Shown in pieces: positions 1 through 14,874 of a stretch of DNA of 64,000 bases (position 1 is its first letter; every line of letters starts with the position of its first letter). Origin of the DNA: Eledone cirrhosa. Lineage: Eukaryota. A program made the translations under genes and the position numbers. The stretch lies in contig OZ024746.1 in assembly GCA_964016885.1 (NCBI GenBank), positions 65,038,001 through 65,102,000 on the forward strand, read 5' to 3'. The notes beneath the pieces were generated by a model that was not told where the DNA came from, ran no database searches, and worked only from the letters and a program-made list of their open reading frames with translations.

Positions 1-2705
1 TGTTGTGGGTGGGGTTAAAGCGTGTGGAGAAAAAAATTTTTGGGGGGTGTGTGTGTGGGTGAGTTATATAGGTGATGATGTAAGAGGATGGTTGAAAAGT
101 TGGTAAGTTCCAAGGATTTTGGAGGATTGGTTATAAGTCAATTTCTGCGTGTGGGTAATCCATGAAGCGGTGGTCGGAAGAGGAGAGATGTGCCGTGCGC
201 GCGCAACAGGAAGTGGTCAGCAGTGGGAGTGCTGTGGTCTGTTGGTGCTGGGAGGTGGTCAGAAGGGCATAGCAGCAGTCGGTGGAATGGTAAGGGGGCG
301 AGGATGGGTAGGTGTGAAAGTTGGAGTGAGGAGGGTCTGTGTGTGTGTGTATTAGTAGGGGTGTTAGTGGGATGAGTGAGTGTGGAGCGGGGGTGTGGGT
401 GGAGCGGGGAGAGAAGGGTGTGTGTGGTTCTATGGAGGGAGTGTGGTGTACTGGTGTGTGTGTAGTTTGGTGAAGAGGTGTTAGTGGGTGTTAGTATACG
501 GGAGGTGGGGAGGGGTTGAATGCAGGTGTGAGTGGGGGTTAGTGGTGGTAGGGTGTGTAGAGTTGGTGGTGTACGAGGGTGTGTGGGTACGTGTGCGTGG
601 GGTTGGGGGTGTTAGTGATGTTAGTTGCGTGTGGGGTGGGTGGTGTAAGTGGGTGCGTGTGATAAGGAGGAGGAGGAGGAGAAGAGGGGAGGGAAGGGAT
701 GTTAGTATGTTAGTTGGGGAAGGGTGGTCAGATGAGGGGTGGAGTGTAGGTGTTAGTATTGTTAGTGTGGGGTGGGCGGTGAAAAGGAGGGGTGTGTTAG
801 TGGTGTGAGTGGGGGATAAGTGTGGGGGGAGGGGGGCGGTCAAACGCTAAAGGAATAAGGGTGGGGAGTTCAGGCCGGGGGGAGTGTGGGTCTGTAAGAT
901 GAATATAGTTCGTTGTTCGACCGTAAGGCGATGGGCGGGTGTTCCGTGGCACTGGAGTAGGCCACAGACTGAGAGATGGCGTGCGGAGTGTCCAGGGCCA
1001 CCAAAGTGGCGGGCGATGGGGGAACTGCCCCCGAGACGAATATCCCGGAGGTGCTCCGTGACTCGGTCCGCCAGGTGACGTCCCGTCTGTCCGTCATAAG
1101 TCGCGCTGCACTCCGTGCAGCGAAGTCCGTAGACTAGGTTGGAGGAGGTGCAGCGGAAGGCATGCCGGACCGAGAGAGAGTGGCCGTTGGGACCCTGGAA
1201 GGTGGTGGTGTTGGTGATGTGGGGACAGGTGTTGCAGCGGGGCCTGGAACAGGGAAAGGAACCGGGGGGGGGGCAGAGCGTGGGTTGGGGGGTAGGGAGC
1301 TGTGGACGAGGAGGGTGCGGAGATTGCGTGCGCGTTTGAAGGAGGGGAGTGGTGGGGTTGGGAAGATGTGGGAGGTGGAGGGGTCGGACTGGAGGTGTCG
1401 GAAGAGGCGGCGGATGGTGCGGTGGAGGGGTAAGGTGGAGGGGTGGTAGGTGATGGGGAAGGGGAGACGGTGGGTGGGTGTGCGGTGGCGTGGGGTGAGG
1501 TGGTGGAGCGGGGGATAGCACGAGCGCGGGTGAGAGCGGTGTAGACGAGCGAGGGGGGGTAACCTCTGCGGATGAAATGGCTGACTAGGGAAAGGGCCTG
1601 GGACTCGAAGTCAGCATCACGGCTACAGAGGCGGCGGATCCTGAGAAGTTGGGAGTAGGGAATGGAGTGTTTAGTGTGGGTGGGGTGGGAAGAGGTGAAG
1701 TCGAGGTAAGAGTGGGAGTCGGTGGGTTTGAAGAAGGCGGAGGTGACGAGGGATTGGTGGGAGGGGTCGAAGGCGACGGATGTCTAAGAAGTGGACGTGG
1801 GTGGTGGAGATAGAGGTGGTGAAGTGGAGGGAGGGGTGGAAGGAGCAGAAGAAGGAGAGAAAGGAGTCGAGCTGTTCTCGGGTGAGGGTCGTGGCTCCGA
1901 TACAGTCGTCAATGTAACGACCGTACAGTTCGGGCGTGGGGCCGGTGTACTGGGCAAAGATTTGGGCCTCAACATGGCCAACAAAAAGGTTGGCATAGTT
2001 CGGGCCCATTCTTGTGCCCATGGCTACCCCCGTGACCTGTTGGTAAAACTCACCCGAGAAGGAGAAACAATTTAGGGTGAGGACCAGCGAAGGAGGGTGG
2101 GGGTGGAGGGAATGGGGGGAGGGCGAAGGTCGAGGTAGTGTTTGAGGGCGCGATGGCCGTCGGCGTGGGGGATGACTGTATAGAGGGACTTGATGTCTAG
2201 GGTGAAGAGGAAGGGCTGTGGGCCGGGTAGGTAGATGAAGGAGTCGAAAAGGCGCAGGGCGTGGTTGGTGTCGGAGATGTGGGAGGGGAGGGTGGTGACA
2301 AGAGGGGCGAGGAGGGAGTCGAGAAAGGCGGAGATGAGTTCGGTGGGGCAGTTGCAAGCGGAGACGATGGGGCGGCCGGGGTTGTCGGGTTTGTGGAGTT
2401 TGGGGAGGAAGTAGATGGTGGATGGTGGAGGAGACTTGTTGTTGGTAGAGGGGGGTGGGATCGGAGGGTAGAGGGCGGTAAAAGAGGGGGTTACGGAGCT
2501 GCCTGAGGGCTTCGGCCGTGTAGAGGTCCGCGCGCCATACCACTACGGCGCCTCCCTTGTCCGCCGGTTTGATGACGATGTCATCTCGGCTACGGAGGGA
2601 GCGGAGAACGAGGAGTTCGCCCCGTGAGATATTGTGCCGTTTGGAACGGTGGCGGAAGTCGAAACGATTTACTGCGCTACGGCTGGTATCGACGAAGGCG
2701 TCCAG

Positions 2706-2706
<1 letters not shown>
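1..2706 (-). mobile_element. Penelope-like element (Neptune-type), frameshifted RT plus C-terminal GIY-YIG endonuclease
   Basis: Minus-strand ORFs give RT motifs IVIKPADKGGAVVVW, GVAMGTRMGPNYANLF and RYIDD (1671-2822). They also give a CxxxRCxTC linker and the GIY-YIG segment LVYGLRC..YDGQTGR..RVTEH..PGLN (847-1521). Several frameshifts. Bases 1-846 are G/T-rich, presumed 3' sequence. Confidence 0.85.
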
Positions 2707-2756
<50 letters not shown>

Positions 2757-2939
2757 ATAGGATATGTGTTCCTTCACGCACAAGGCGCTAAGGGACGCAT
2801 GTATTGTCCAACCAAATGCCAATGTGGTTCAATGGCAGGTTAATAAATTAACGAGCCAGAACATATATAAACAAGGTTTAGCAAATAATGAAAAAGTTTC
2901 AAAATAAATTTTAAAAAATTGACTTTACCTACTATAGTT

Positions 2940-3022
2940 ACCTTTACCGATCGGTTTCGAATCCCAAAAATAAACGGAGACCATACGGCCTTCGTTGCAA
3001 AGAAAGATTCTCGTCAGAAGGT
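2940..3022 (-). ncRNA. Type I hammerhead ribozyme (mirror copy of 3281-3363)
   Basis: Reverse complement of the + strand motif in the other palindrome arm. Confidence 0.75.
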
Positions 3023-3280
3023 TCTTTTCATTCGAAGAATATAAAATTCTTGAATTTAAATTACGAACTAGCGCTATCCAAAACTGTTCCTGAGATGAGA
3101 GTGAATGAAGTGGAATCAATTTTTTCAAGGGCCGAAGTAAAGATAGAGGCCTGCCTCTATCTTTACTTCGGCCCTTGAAAAAATTGATTCCACTTCATTC
3201 ACTCTCATCTCAGGAACAGTTTTGGATAGCGCTAGTTCGTAATTTAAATTCAAGAATTTTATATTCTTCGAATGAAAAGA

Positions 3281-3363
3281 ACCTTCTGACGAGAATCTTT
3301 CTTTGCAACGAAGGCCGTATGGTCTCCGTTTATTTTTGGGATTCGAAACCGATCGGTAAAGGT
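3281..3363 (+). ncRNA. Type I hammerhead ribozyme
   Basis: acctt CTGACGA gaatct..ggattc GAAA ccgatcgg TA aaggt. Helix I is 5 bp, helix II is G-C closed, helix III is palindromic (ACCGATCGGT), and the cleavage site is GUA. Confidence 0.78.
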
Positions 3364-3430
3364 AACTATAGTAGGTAAAGTCAATTTTTTAAAATTTATT
3401 TTGAAACTTTTTCATTATTTGCTAAACCTT

Positions 3431-3471
<41 letters not shown>

Positions 3472-3472
3472 C

Positions 3473-3550
<78 letters not shown>

Positions 3551-3602
3551 AGTATGTATGTATAAACTATTCATTGTTTCAAATGTTTCCAACCTATTTC
3601 AG

Positions 3603-3639
3603 ACTGGATGGTGTTATGTGGAACCGAATGAAAATTGAG
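3603..3639 (+). CDS. GH10-WSC gene, probable short exon (LDGVMWNRMKIE)
   Basis: tttcag acceptor and GAG|gtaaaa donor. The phase-0 end joins to give KIE-VVQKKLLFAFGSAV, the usual strand before the animal GH10 barrel. Confidence 0.6.
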
Positions 3640-5447
3640 GTAAAATGTAAATTAGGTTTCTATTATTAATTGATACAGTTAAGACGAGACTGTTGTTGAT
3701 GGTGGTATGGAGGTATTTGAATGCCACACTAAATGTATTATTGTACGTATGGCATTGTTAGATTGCGTATTGGTGTCCATCAAGTATGGTCCACTTAATC
3801 AAATACGAACCCGCTGTTATTCTTTAGATTGAGAGTATAAATGTATATAGATTTATCAAAATAATTATCCAGTTGTACAAATTTGACAAGTGTGCAGCAA
3901 AAATTATGTTATAAAAGATAAAGGAAATAAATAAATACGTTTTGTTAGGCATAAAACGTTCAAATAAAATTTATGTTTGAGGAAAACTAAATATATATTT
4001 TACTTTTGAATACTTCACACAATAGTAGTAGGTTGTTTTAAATAATCTTTCTTTCATAAGCAAGAAAATATAATTTATATTGGAATATTAGATTAAACTG
4101 TAGACATGAACATTGTAGGAGATAGGTGTTGTTGGTGGCAGTGTGCTATATACAAACCCACCATACACACTCTGTAACCATAATAACGGCTCATATACAA
4201 TGTCAGAACAGATGAAAATTATTTCTATTTTTATTTTGTTCTAACTTCACGGCAAATTTTATTTTTTATTCCAGCTTCATGATTAATGTTTGCTTGTCTC
4301 ATTCGTAATGTTTCATGTCAGTGTGTATATCAACTTAAATGAACAGGAAGAAACAGAGTTGAAGTATAACGTTAAATCCATTTATTTCCTAAGTTCAAAT
4401 CCCTCAGTCTTTCATGGTCTTTCATTTCTTTTTACTTAGTAGGTCTGGAAGAAGGTGCAGTGCCCAGCGCCTTCAATGGCCTTCCGAGACCGAAGTAATC
4501 AATGCCAATAATGTTTTGTTTAAACTGTAGAAGGTCCATTAATTATGGAAAGAGATGAGGGCCAATTTCTGCGCAGGAAGGATTATTGTGTGTGTGCATG
4601 TGATGTGGTGTGTGGTGTGTGGTGTGTGTGGTGTATGTGATGAGGAGCCTATGGGGCTGGTCACATTATGAGGGGTGAGTGAATAAACGATTGAGTGGCT
4701 CGCATGAGACTAGCAAGCTCCAACCATCAGAGACTATTGTTATGGCTGTATAAGAGGTTTGAGCCTATCTGTGAGATATTTAGCTGAGTAGCTTGTCTTT
4801 CTAGATTCAATCCAGGATGTCAGTGTGAACAACGATAGTACTCTACAAGGCGTTTCACTTGCGCTTTGTTTGGGTGTTGAAATATTTACTAGCCACGATG
4901 AAAAAGGGCCAGTTGTTCGAATGCGGTCCTATTTTAAGAATATGCGTTCTCCATGTGAGATTGTCGGTGAGAGCTAACATTTCGAAGCCACTAGTTGTGT
5001 GCTTAAAGAGGATGAGTCGTCATAGAATTTTCTTGCAATGGAATGTGTTTTTTTTGCTGTTCAAAGAAACACGGTTAGCCTAACACCATCAGGCCAGGTT
5101 TAAACTGAAAGTTTGATAAACGGAATAATACATGAAACTGATTTAATCAACTCACCACTAGCTCTCTCTACAAATTTGCGATTAAGTTGCCATAGTCAAC
5201 CTAGTAGAAAACCGGCGAATAATATTATATAACTGATCTAATTAAAGCCTCATTGTATTACAATTCTGTTTTACACGATAAGAGGATGCTGTAAAAGTAA
5301 ATTGCTTTTAGGTTGAAATGTTTCATTGATATTTGATATGTTAGTCAGCATTCCTGATAAGATTTCTATCCAGAAGCCTCAACATTTCCTCAAGGCTGGA
5401 ATACTTAAGATTGACCGTTGTACAGACACATGATCAATAGATAATAT

Positions 5448-5527
<80 letters not shown>

Positions 5528-5964
5528 GAGGTTGTATGGTGGACAAGGTTGAAAGGGCTGAGGTCAGACACCTTTCTCTCCGGAAAACAACTGATTCTTT
5601 TTTTATCAAATACCACTTTGGAAGAAGAATCAGGATGGAGAGAGAGGTGCTGTACCCCAGCAAGTTTTATGAAAGGTGGGTGAAAGTGGCGAGAATGGCC
5701 CGAGTGAATGGGCCTTCTCTCTATATCAGCCTGTAGGTTGAGGAAAGGAGAAGGAGAGGAAAGGAGTACAAACTCTTCGTGAGGGTTGCACATATTTTTT
5801 TCGGGGGTATGTGTTACCCATATAAACTGTCTCCCCCTATTGGGGAAAATCGACTAACTTTTTAAATTGCATTTGTGATAACATTTTACACGTTTTTTAT
5901 TGTATGTAAACTTCCCCCTTTGTATTTGTCCCCTTCTTTTGTGCCCCTGTGGCTAATAAAAAAA
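5528..5964 (+). mobile_element. 5'-truncated Tx1/L1-type LINE 3' fragment inside a (TATC)n microsatellite
   Basis: Encodes ERWVKVARMARVNGPSL like the end of ORF2 at ~22360. Ends gcccctgtggctaataaa. (TATC)n on both sides. Confidence 0.85.
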
Positions 5965-5968
5965 CATT

Positions 5969-6021
<53 letters not shown>

Positions 6022-6444
6022 ATTTATCGTTACTTATTCATGTGTTTATTTCTGAATGTTGCATTTGCATAATCCCAATCAACAAATTATAGTGTAAGAA
6101 GAACGAAGCACTGTACGTCAGTTGTATGTATCCAGTAATAAACGATAACACAGGTTTGAACAATTACATTTATTATGCGCATTTCAGCAACGCCGGTGTA
6201 TTGGATTTATGCATTTGCAAGGATAACAGCAGCTGGGACGCTATTATCAGATAGTTACTATTACAACAACAGCTCTCATGATATCATCTGATAGTTACTT
6301 AGTTTTATATACCTATCTGATGAAGTCATGCCCGCTTTTGTTGTTGTTGTTGCAATTAAATAACTTTAATGCACTGGGTTTAATGAAATCATGTAATTAC
6401 AACAACCTGTCCAACGTTTATTGATCTCTCTCTCTTTCTCTCTC

Positions 6445-6501
<57 letters not shown>

Positions 6502-7119
6502 AAGGCGGGTAAAATTCCCGAGATCCATGGACGAGTTCTCTCCAGCGGTCTCTGTCCCTCATTATCGCTGCCATGTCCTGCGTCTCCAACAGACCAGTGT
6601 TTGTCCTTAGGGCATCAACATACGTTAACCTTGGTCTTCCTCTTCTAGTGTGTCCATGGAGAGGGTCATATTGTTGTAATAATATTGCCAGAAATAATAA
6701 CAGAACACACTCACAGTTTGGTTGGTTTTCGCTTCTGTATCTTTTATATCTCCATAGTTAATTTAGTTGGCAATCATGTCTATCATTGATGGACCAACGG
6801 TTAAAAATACAGATATAAATATATACATATAAGTCTATCAAAGTTCTTTCGTTGCACATCTGCAACATCATCAGTGGTACTATTATGTTCCCTCCTATTG
6901 TATTGTATTGTAATGTTTACGCCATTTTTATTTTATGAGTGGCTCACCAATTGTTTTATAAATATTAAAAATGCATTTACATTTATTAGGATGTTTCAGA
7001 TACACTCCAATTTTATTTTTATATTTTCTGAAAAATTGGATAAGTATATATTTTTTACTCAACTAAAAATATGCATGTTATAACGTATAGTATACAAAGT
7101 GTTTAATGATTTCTTATAT

Positions 7120-7325
7120 AGGCACAAGACCAGCAATTTTGGGGGAGGGGAATGGCGATTAAATCGACCTCTGTGCGTGACTGGTACTTTATTTTATCGA
7201 ACCCGTAAGGATGAAAGTAAAGTTAACCTGGGCGGGATTTGAACTCAGATCATAAAGGGCCGTAACTCTATGCTGCAAAACATGGCGTCCGATCATCTAC
7301 CAATATGGCCAATCCACCGCCCTAA
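7120..7325 (-). mobile_element. tRNA-derived SINE (Nin-domain-like core)
   Basis: Reverse complement of the ctgagttcaaatcccgcc..ctttcatcct..cgataaaataaagtaccag consensus found many times in the window. Confidence 0.8.
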
Positions 7326-7390
7326 AGTGTTTAATGATTAGAAAATATGTTTAAGATATTGGTTTTATTAGGTACAAATCTTTGTTTCAG

Positions 7391-7540
7391 GTCGTTCAGA
7401 AAAAATTACTGTTTGCATTCGGTAGTGCTGTTACAAAAGATTTGATTAACAACACAATCTATAGGAAGCACTTCCTGGATAATTTCGAGGTTGCGACTCT
7501 TGAAAATGAGATGAATTGGCATTATAATGAACCAGAACAG
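7391..7540 (+). CDS. GH10-WSC gene exon (VVQKKLLFAFGSAV...ATLENEMNWHYNEPEQ)
   Basis: tttcag acceptor, CAG|gtaggt donor, 150 nt open. FGSAV and ENEMxW are GH10 motifs. Confidence 0.92.
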
Positions 7541-7861
7541 GTAGGTTGTATACCATAATTAATTTCCTTGTTTACCTTCATGTACCGTTAAAAATGATAG
7601 TTAATTCAAGCTCTTTGCATAAGATATTAGTTCCTGTCTCTTTACGTGAAATTTATTCATTTACTCATTTATTTATTTATAACCAGTTACTGTTCTATTA
7701 TGCTTTCTGCTAACAAGACGATCAAGGGTGTATCTGTATAACTGAGTTCAGAATAAGTACCACAAGGGACATCGTTCGAAAGCATCTATATTTCAGATGC
7801 CTAGACTGTTTGTGTATATCTCTCTGATATACTGTTATACTTCGGAAAAAAGACACACACG

Positions 7862-7987
<126 letters not shown>

Positions 7988-8169
7988 CATTGGCTACCCA
8001 AACAAAAAATAGAGTTTATGGTACTTAAGTGGAATGAAACACATATAAAGTGATACACCCTTTATAAAAGATACATCGAAACTCCGAGTCTCGTATCAAA
8101 GTAAGTAATGATCTACTCAATCAATAGACACGTAATTATGGTCGACGATACTGGAATATCTATATATAA

Positions 8170-8500
8170 TATAGATATGAGGGACCATGTCAAGGGCTTT
8201 CTTAAAGTCTATCCAAGCCATGCATAAATACTTTAGAAGTCTTTTGCAGTTATTCATGATCGCCTTGCCAACAGCAAGATGGTCTTTGGTTCCCCTCTAC
8301 TCGACAGGTATCATCCCATTCTGAAACAAGTGACCATAGACTTTTGCAGCAAAGATGCCAATAAACAGCTTCCAAAGCAAATTCAAGAAAGCAATCGGCC
8401 TGTAATTTCCAACTAACGGATCTTTCCTTTTATGCTTCATTATCAAAGTTGTCTTTCCTTCTTTCCTTCAACTTTCCAGCTTGAAACTTCTTGTACAACA
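8170..8500 (-). mobile_element. Old, degenerate R4/Dong-type RT fragment
   Basis: Minus strand reads NYRPIAFLNLLWKL, RGTKDHL and MAWIDFKKALDMVPH, homologous to the adjacent copies. Confidence 0.7.
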
Positions 8501-8519
8501 CAATCATTTAGATATTATT

Positions 8520-11500
8520 ATTATTATTGTTCTTTGAGTCTCAGCCATTGATGTTATTTAACTGGAAAGTTTGTTGAAATGAATATCAAGCTGCTACCTG
8601 CAGCCTCAGATATTCAGGACATATCGGAGGGATCTTGCTGTTCCCAGCAAGCATGCCTTTTGAAGTGCTCCAAAAAGCGGGGCTGGACTAATCTTCTTTA
8701 ACCATCCCTGGAAACTCCTCGAGATAGTACCCAGTGCGCCTATGACAATCGGGACCACTTTGACTTCATGGCAGTTCCAAATCCTTTTTACCTCCCACTT
8801 TAAGTCCTGGTATCGGTTAATTTTCTCCCTCTCCTTCTCTTGCACTCTCGTGTCGAATGGGTAGGCCGCATCCACAATCAGGCACGATCTTTTTTCCTTG
8901 TCCAAAACCACCAGGTGATATCTATTGTGTTCCAGTTTCTTGTCTGTATCCTAAAATCCCACAGCACCTTCAGCTGATCGTTTTCTATCACCGACTCTGG
9001 CTTATGCTCATACCACTTCTCAGAATGTGGTAAATTGTTTACTTTGCACAGGTGCCAATGGCTCACCCTGCCCATCACATCATGTCTCCAGCCTTTATAG
9101 TGAGTCTGGGCTAGGTGTTTACACTCGGATACAATGTGATCCACAGTCTCCTCTCTCTCTCCACAGATCCTGCACAGTGGGCTAGCCTCCTCCTTGTAAA
9201 TATGGTGTTTCAGCCACTTCGTTTTGAGGGCCTGCTCTTGCGCAGCCATTAGCATTCCTTCTGTAGCCTTTTTAAGGTCTCCTCTTTTCAACCAGTTCCA
9301 TGTCTCTGGATCTCTGAATTCAGTTTTCTCAAAGAAGGTACTATGAAGGGATTTTTCATGAAGGCTGCTCTTTCTCCTTATTATTTCCTCCTTGGACATC
9401 CCCTGGTCTATTGTCCTCTCCTTCAGTACAATTCTGAGCATTGGCTCCTTACTATCGGTCACGTGTTTGTGTAGGTTGTTTTTCTCCATCTGAACACAGT
9501 CCTCTATGCAGATAAGACCTCTTCCACCTTCAGATCTCCTTAAGTAGAGTCTATCGACATCACTCCTGTAGATAATCAATAGCTTCCTAGTCTTCCTATC
9601 CATTTCTTTTTGTTCAGCAACATTCCATCTCAGAATTCCTGCACTGTACCTAATAATAGACACAGCTCGGGAATTTACTGCACTTATGGCATTCCTACTG
9701 TTCAGATGTGACTTTAATACGCTCCTTACTCTCCGAATGTATTCAGATCTTATCAATTCCTTCATTTTTTTGTTCTTGATGTCATCAGCCTCCAGAACAC
9801 CCAAATACTTGTATCCTTCTTCAGTGTCAATTTCCTTTATCATCTCACCTGTTGGTACCTGGATTCCGTTGCTTCTGCTCAATTTACCCCTCTTCATTAC
9901 AAGGACTCCACACTTACTAATACCAAATTGCATACATATATCATTGCTGAAAATACGGACAGTGTCAACAAGCACATCCAACTCCTTCTCACTCTTCCCG
10001 AAGAGCTTAAGATCGTCCATGAAGAGGAGGTGATTGATGGTAAGCTCTCCCTTTCCCAACTTGTATCCTTCTCTCACCTTTCGCAGTATAATGGTCAGGG
10101 GTATCAGGGCAAGGACAAACAACAGAGGGGATAGACTATCTCTCTGGAAGATACCTCTATTGATCTTCACGCCTCCCAAGGATTCTCCAGCTGATGTTAA
10201 CTCTGTTTTCCAGGACTTCATACTTTTGCTCAACAACTGTCTAATGTTATCTACCACCTTGAAGATCTCTAGGCTTTTGGTGATCCAAGAATGAGGCACC
10301 ATGTCAAATGCCTTTTTGTAGTCTATCCATCCCATGGCAAGACCAGTGTGTCTCCTCTTGTAATTCCTCATTACCATCTTATCAATAAGTAACTGGTCCT
10401 TTGTACCACGGGACTTCTTTCGGCATCCTTTCTGTTCGTCCGGTAACAAGTTGTTTGTGTGCAGGTGATGGTAGACATCCTCAGACACAATGCTTGTCAA
10501 CAGTTTCCACATTACGGACAGACATGTGATAGGTCTATAGTTGGTAACATCATTACCCTTGATTCGGTCTTTCATTACCAGAACTATGGTACCTTTTGTC
10601 AACCACTCTGGTACCTCACCTGACATCAAGCAGTCATTGAACATGGGTGTCAGTTTCGGGTGGAGGGATGTTATATTTTTAATCCAATACCCCTGCACAC
10701 CATCTGGGCCGGGTGATTTCCAGTTGGTTAGTTTTTTGGCCTGCCCGTTAAGAGTGTCAACTGTGATACTCAAATCAGATTGTTGGCGTGCCTGTTCACT
10801 AATCTTCTTTTGTACTGTCTCAATCCACACTGCCTGGTCATTATGTTTAACATCCTGCTCCCATATTCCTCTCCAGAATGTCTTAGCTTGTTCTGCCTCA
10901 GGGATCAAGTCGTTGCCTCTTTCTTTCCCTTCAAGCTGTCCAAACAACATCTTCTTGTTGTTGTCAAACATGCGGTTCTGTCTATACTGACTCTGCTCTC
11001 GTATCGCCTAATTTTTGCACTCTTTGCTACAATGCGTTGCTTCAGTTCCTCTATGATAATATTTAGCTTTTTCCTCCTAGTTTTGTACTTTATTTCCAGT
11101 CTAATTTTCGTGTCTATGTTTTTAGTGTCCATTCAGTAGGGACTCAAGCTTTCCAATGTCATTTCTCATTTCCCTGATTTGACCATTCAGTCGTTTCTTC
11201 CACCAAGGTTCTGATCTTTCTTGTTTGTTGTTTCCTCTCGCTTTTATGCCAAGTAATTTCCTCAACGCATTTGCTGTTGCTTTGAGGATATTGTTGCACT
11301 GGTGAAGGCTCCTTGCCTCAAGGTATGGGATCACTTTGTTTACCTTAGCTGTTGTTTCTTTTAACTTTTTCCTGTCTACAAATCTTAGGTTCATAGGTTT
11401 CCCACTATCATTGTTCATTTCATCTACCACTAAGTTTAGGATATCAACCAACTCTTGTCCTAGCCCATCAGCATTCATCTCCTCAATAGCCGTGTCTCTG

Positions 11501-12077
11501 TTCCAGGTATTATTTATTTCAGCATTCAGATCATTGTCTGCTTCGGATGGTTCCTCCGTTCCCTCAACCTCTTCACCTTCATTTCCCACTAGCTCGTTTG
11601 CCTGGCATACTCCACCCTCCATTTCCAACCTAATCTCTCTGCTCAGTTTCTCCAGTTCCAGCTCGCTTATCCACCCATTAGTTCTTATTACCCGAACCTG
11701 CCCGGCCAATTTTTGTTCATCTAATTTAAATAGACCAATCTCGTTCCAGATGTTATGCATCCGTTCCCTATAGCCTTTTTCTTTGGAGTTACTCTTCAGG
11801 TAACATTGCATAACAGTTCTATTCAATTCTTTCGTCCAGTTGGTTCTGGTCCCTTTCCTTCTTCTTCCTCCGACACCAGCAGTATTGGTTGACAGCCAGG
11901 TCCCTGCTGCTGAGCCAGGGAGCACCTGCTGAGTGTGAGTCTGTCACATGACATTCCAGTCTCCACTTCACCGTTATTCGAATTGTTTAGGTTCGACATT
12001 TAAACACTCTTATCGAGGATTGGTGAATGTATGGTTACATAACCGCAGGTGATTTCATCACCTCCGGTGATTTCATC

Positions 12078-12078
<1 letters not shown>
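8520..12078 (-). mobile_element. R4/Dong-clade non-LTR retrotransposon (RT plus restriction-like endonuclease), near full length, frameshifted
   Basis: ORFs 11122-11925, 8878-10971 and 8606-8911. Motifs KSPGPDG, HLLFMDD, zinc knuckle CRIC..HIVSEC, RHD, KVLWDF and EKINRYQDL. Ends in (TAA)n-like sequence. Confidence 0.9.
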
Positions 12079-14872
<2,794 letters not shown>

Positions 14873-14874
14873 GA

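Larger units (their letters stand above)
2863..3440. repeat. Perfect fold-back palindrome, 288-bp arms with a 2-nt spacer (3151-3152), running into (TA)n
   Basis: AGATAGAGGC-ct-GCCTCTATCT at the centre. Identical mirror ORFs at 2925-3128(-) and 3175-3378(+). Confidence 0.95.

Noticed and set aside
2925-3378. Two identical 67-aa ORFs
   Set aside because: A by-product of the perfect palindrome. They start at TTG and overlap the hammerhead.
4440-5100. Possible decayed LINE ORF2 C-terminus on the minus strand (LTDNLTWRTHI)
   Set aside because: One short motif amid stops and frameshifts is not enough support.
6310-6400. CTGATGA...GAAAtcatgTA hammerhead-like spacing
   Set aside because: Helix I and helix II pairing is too weak.
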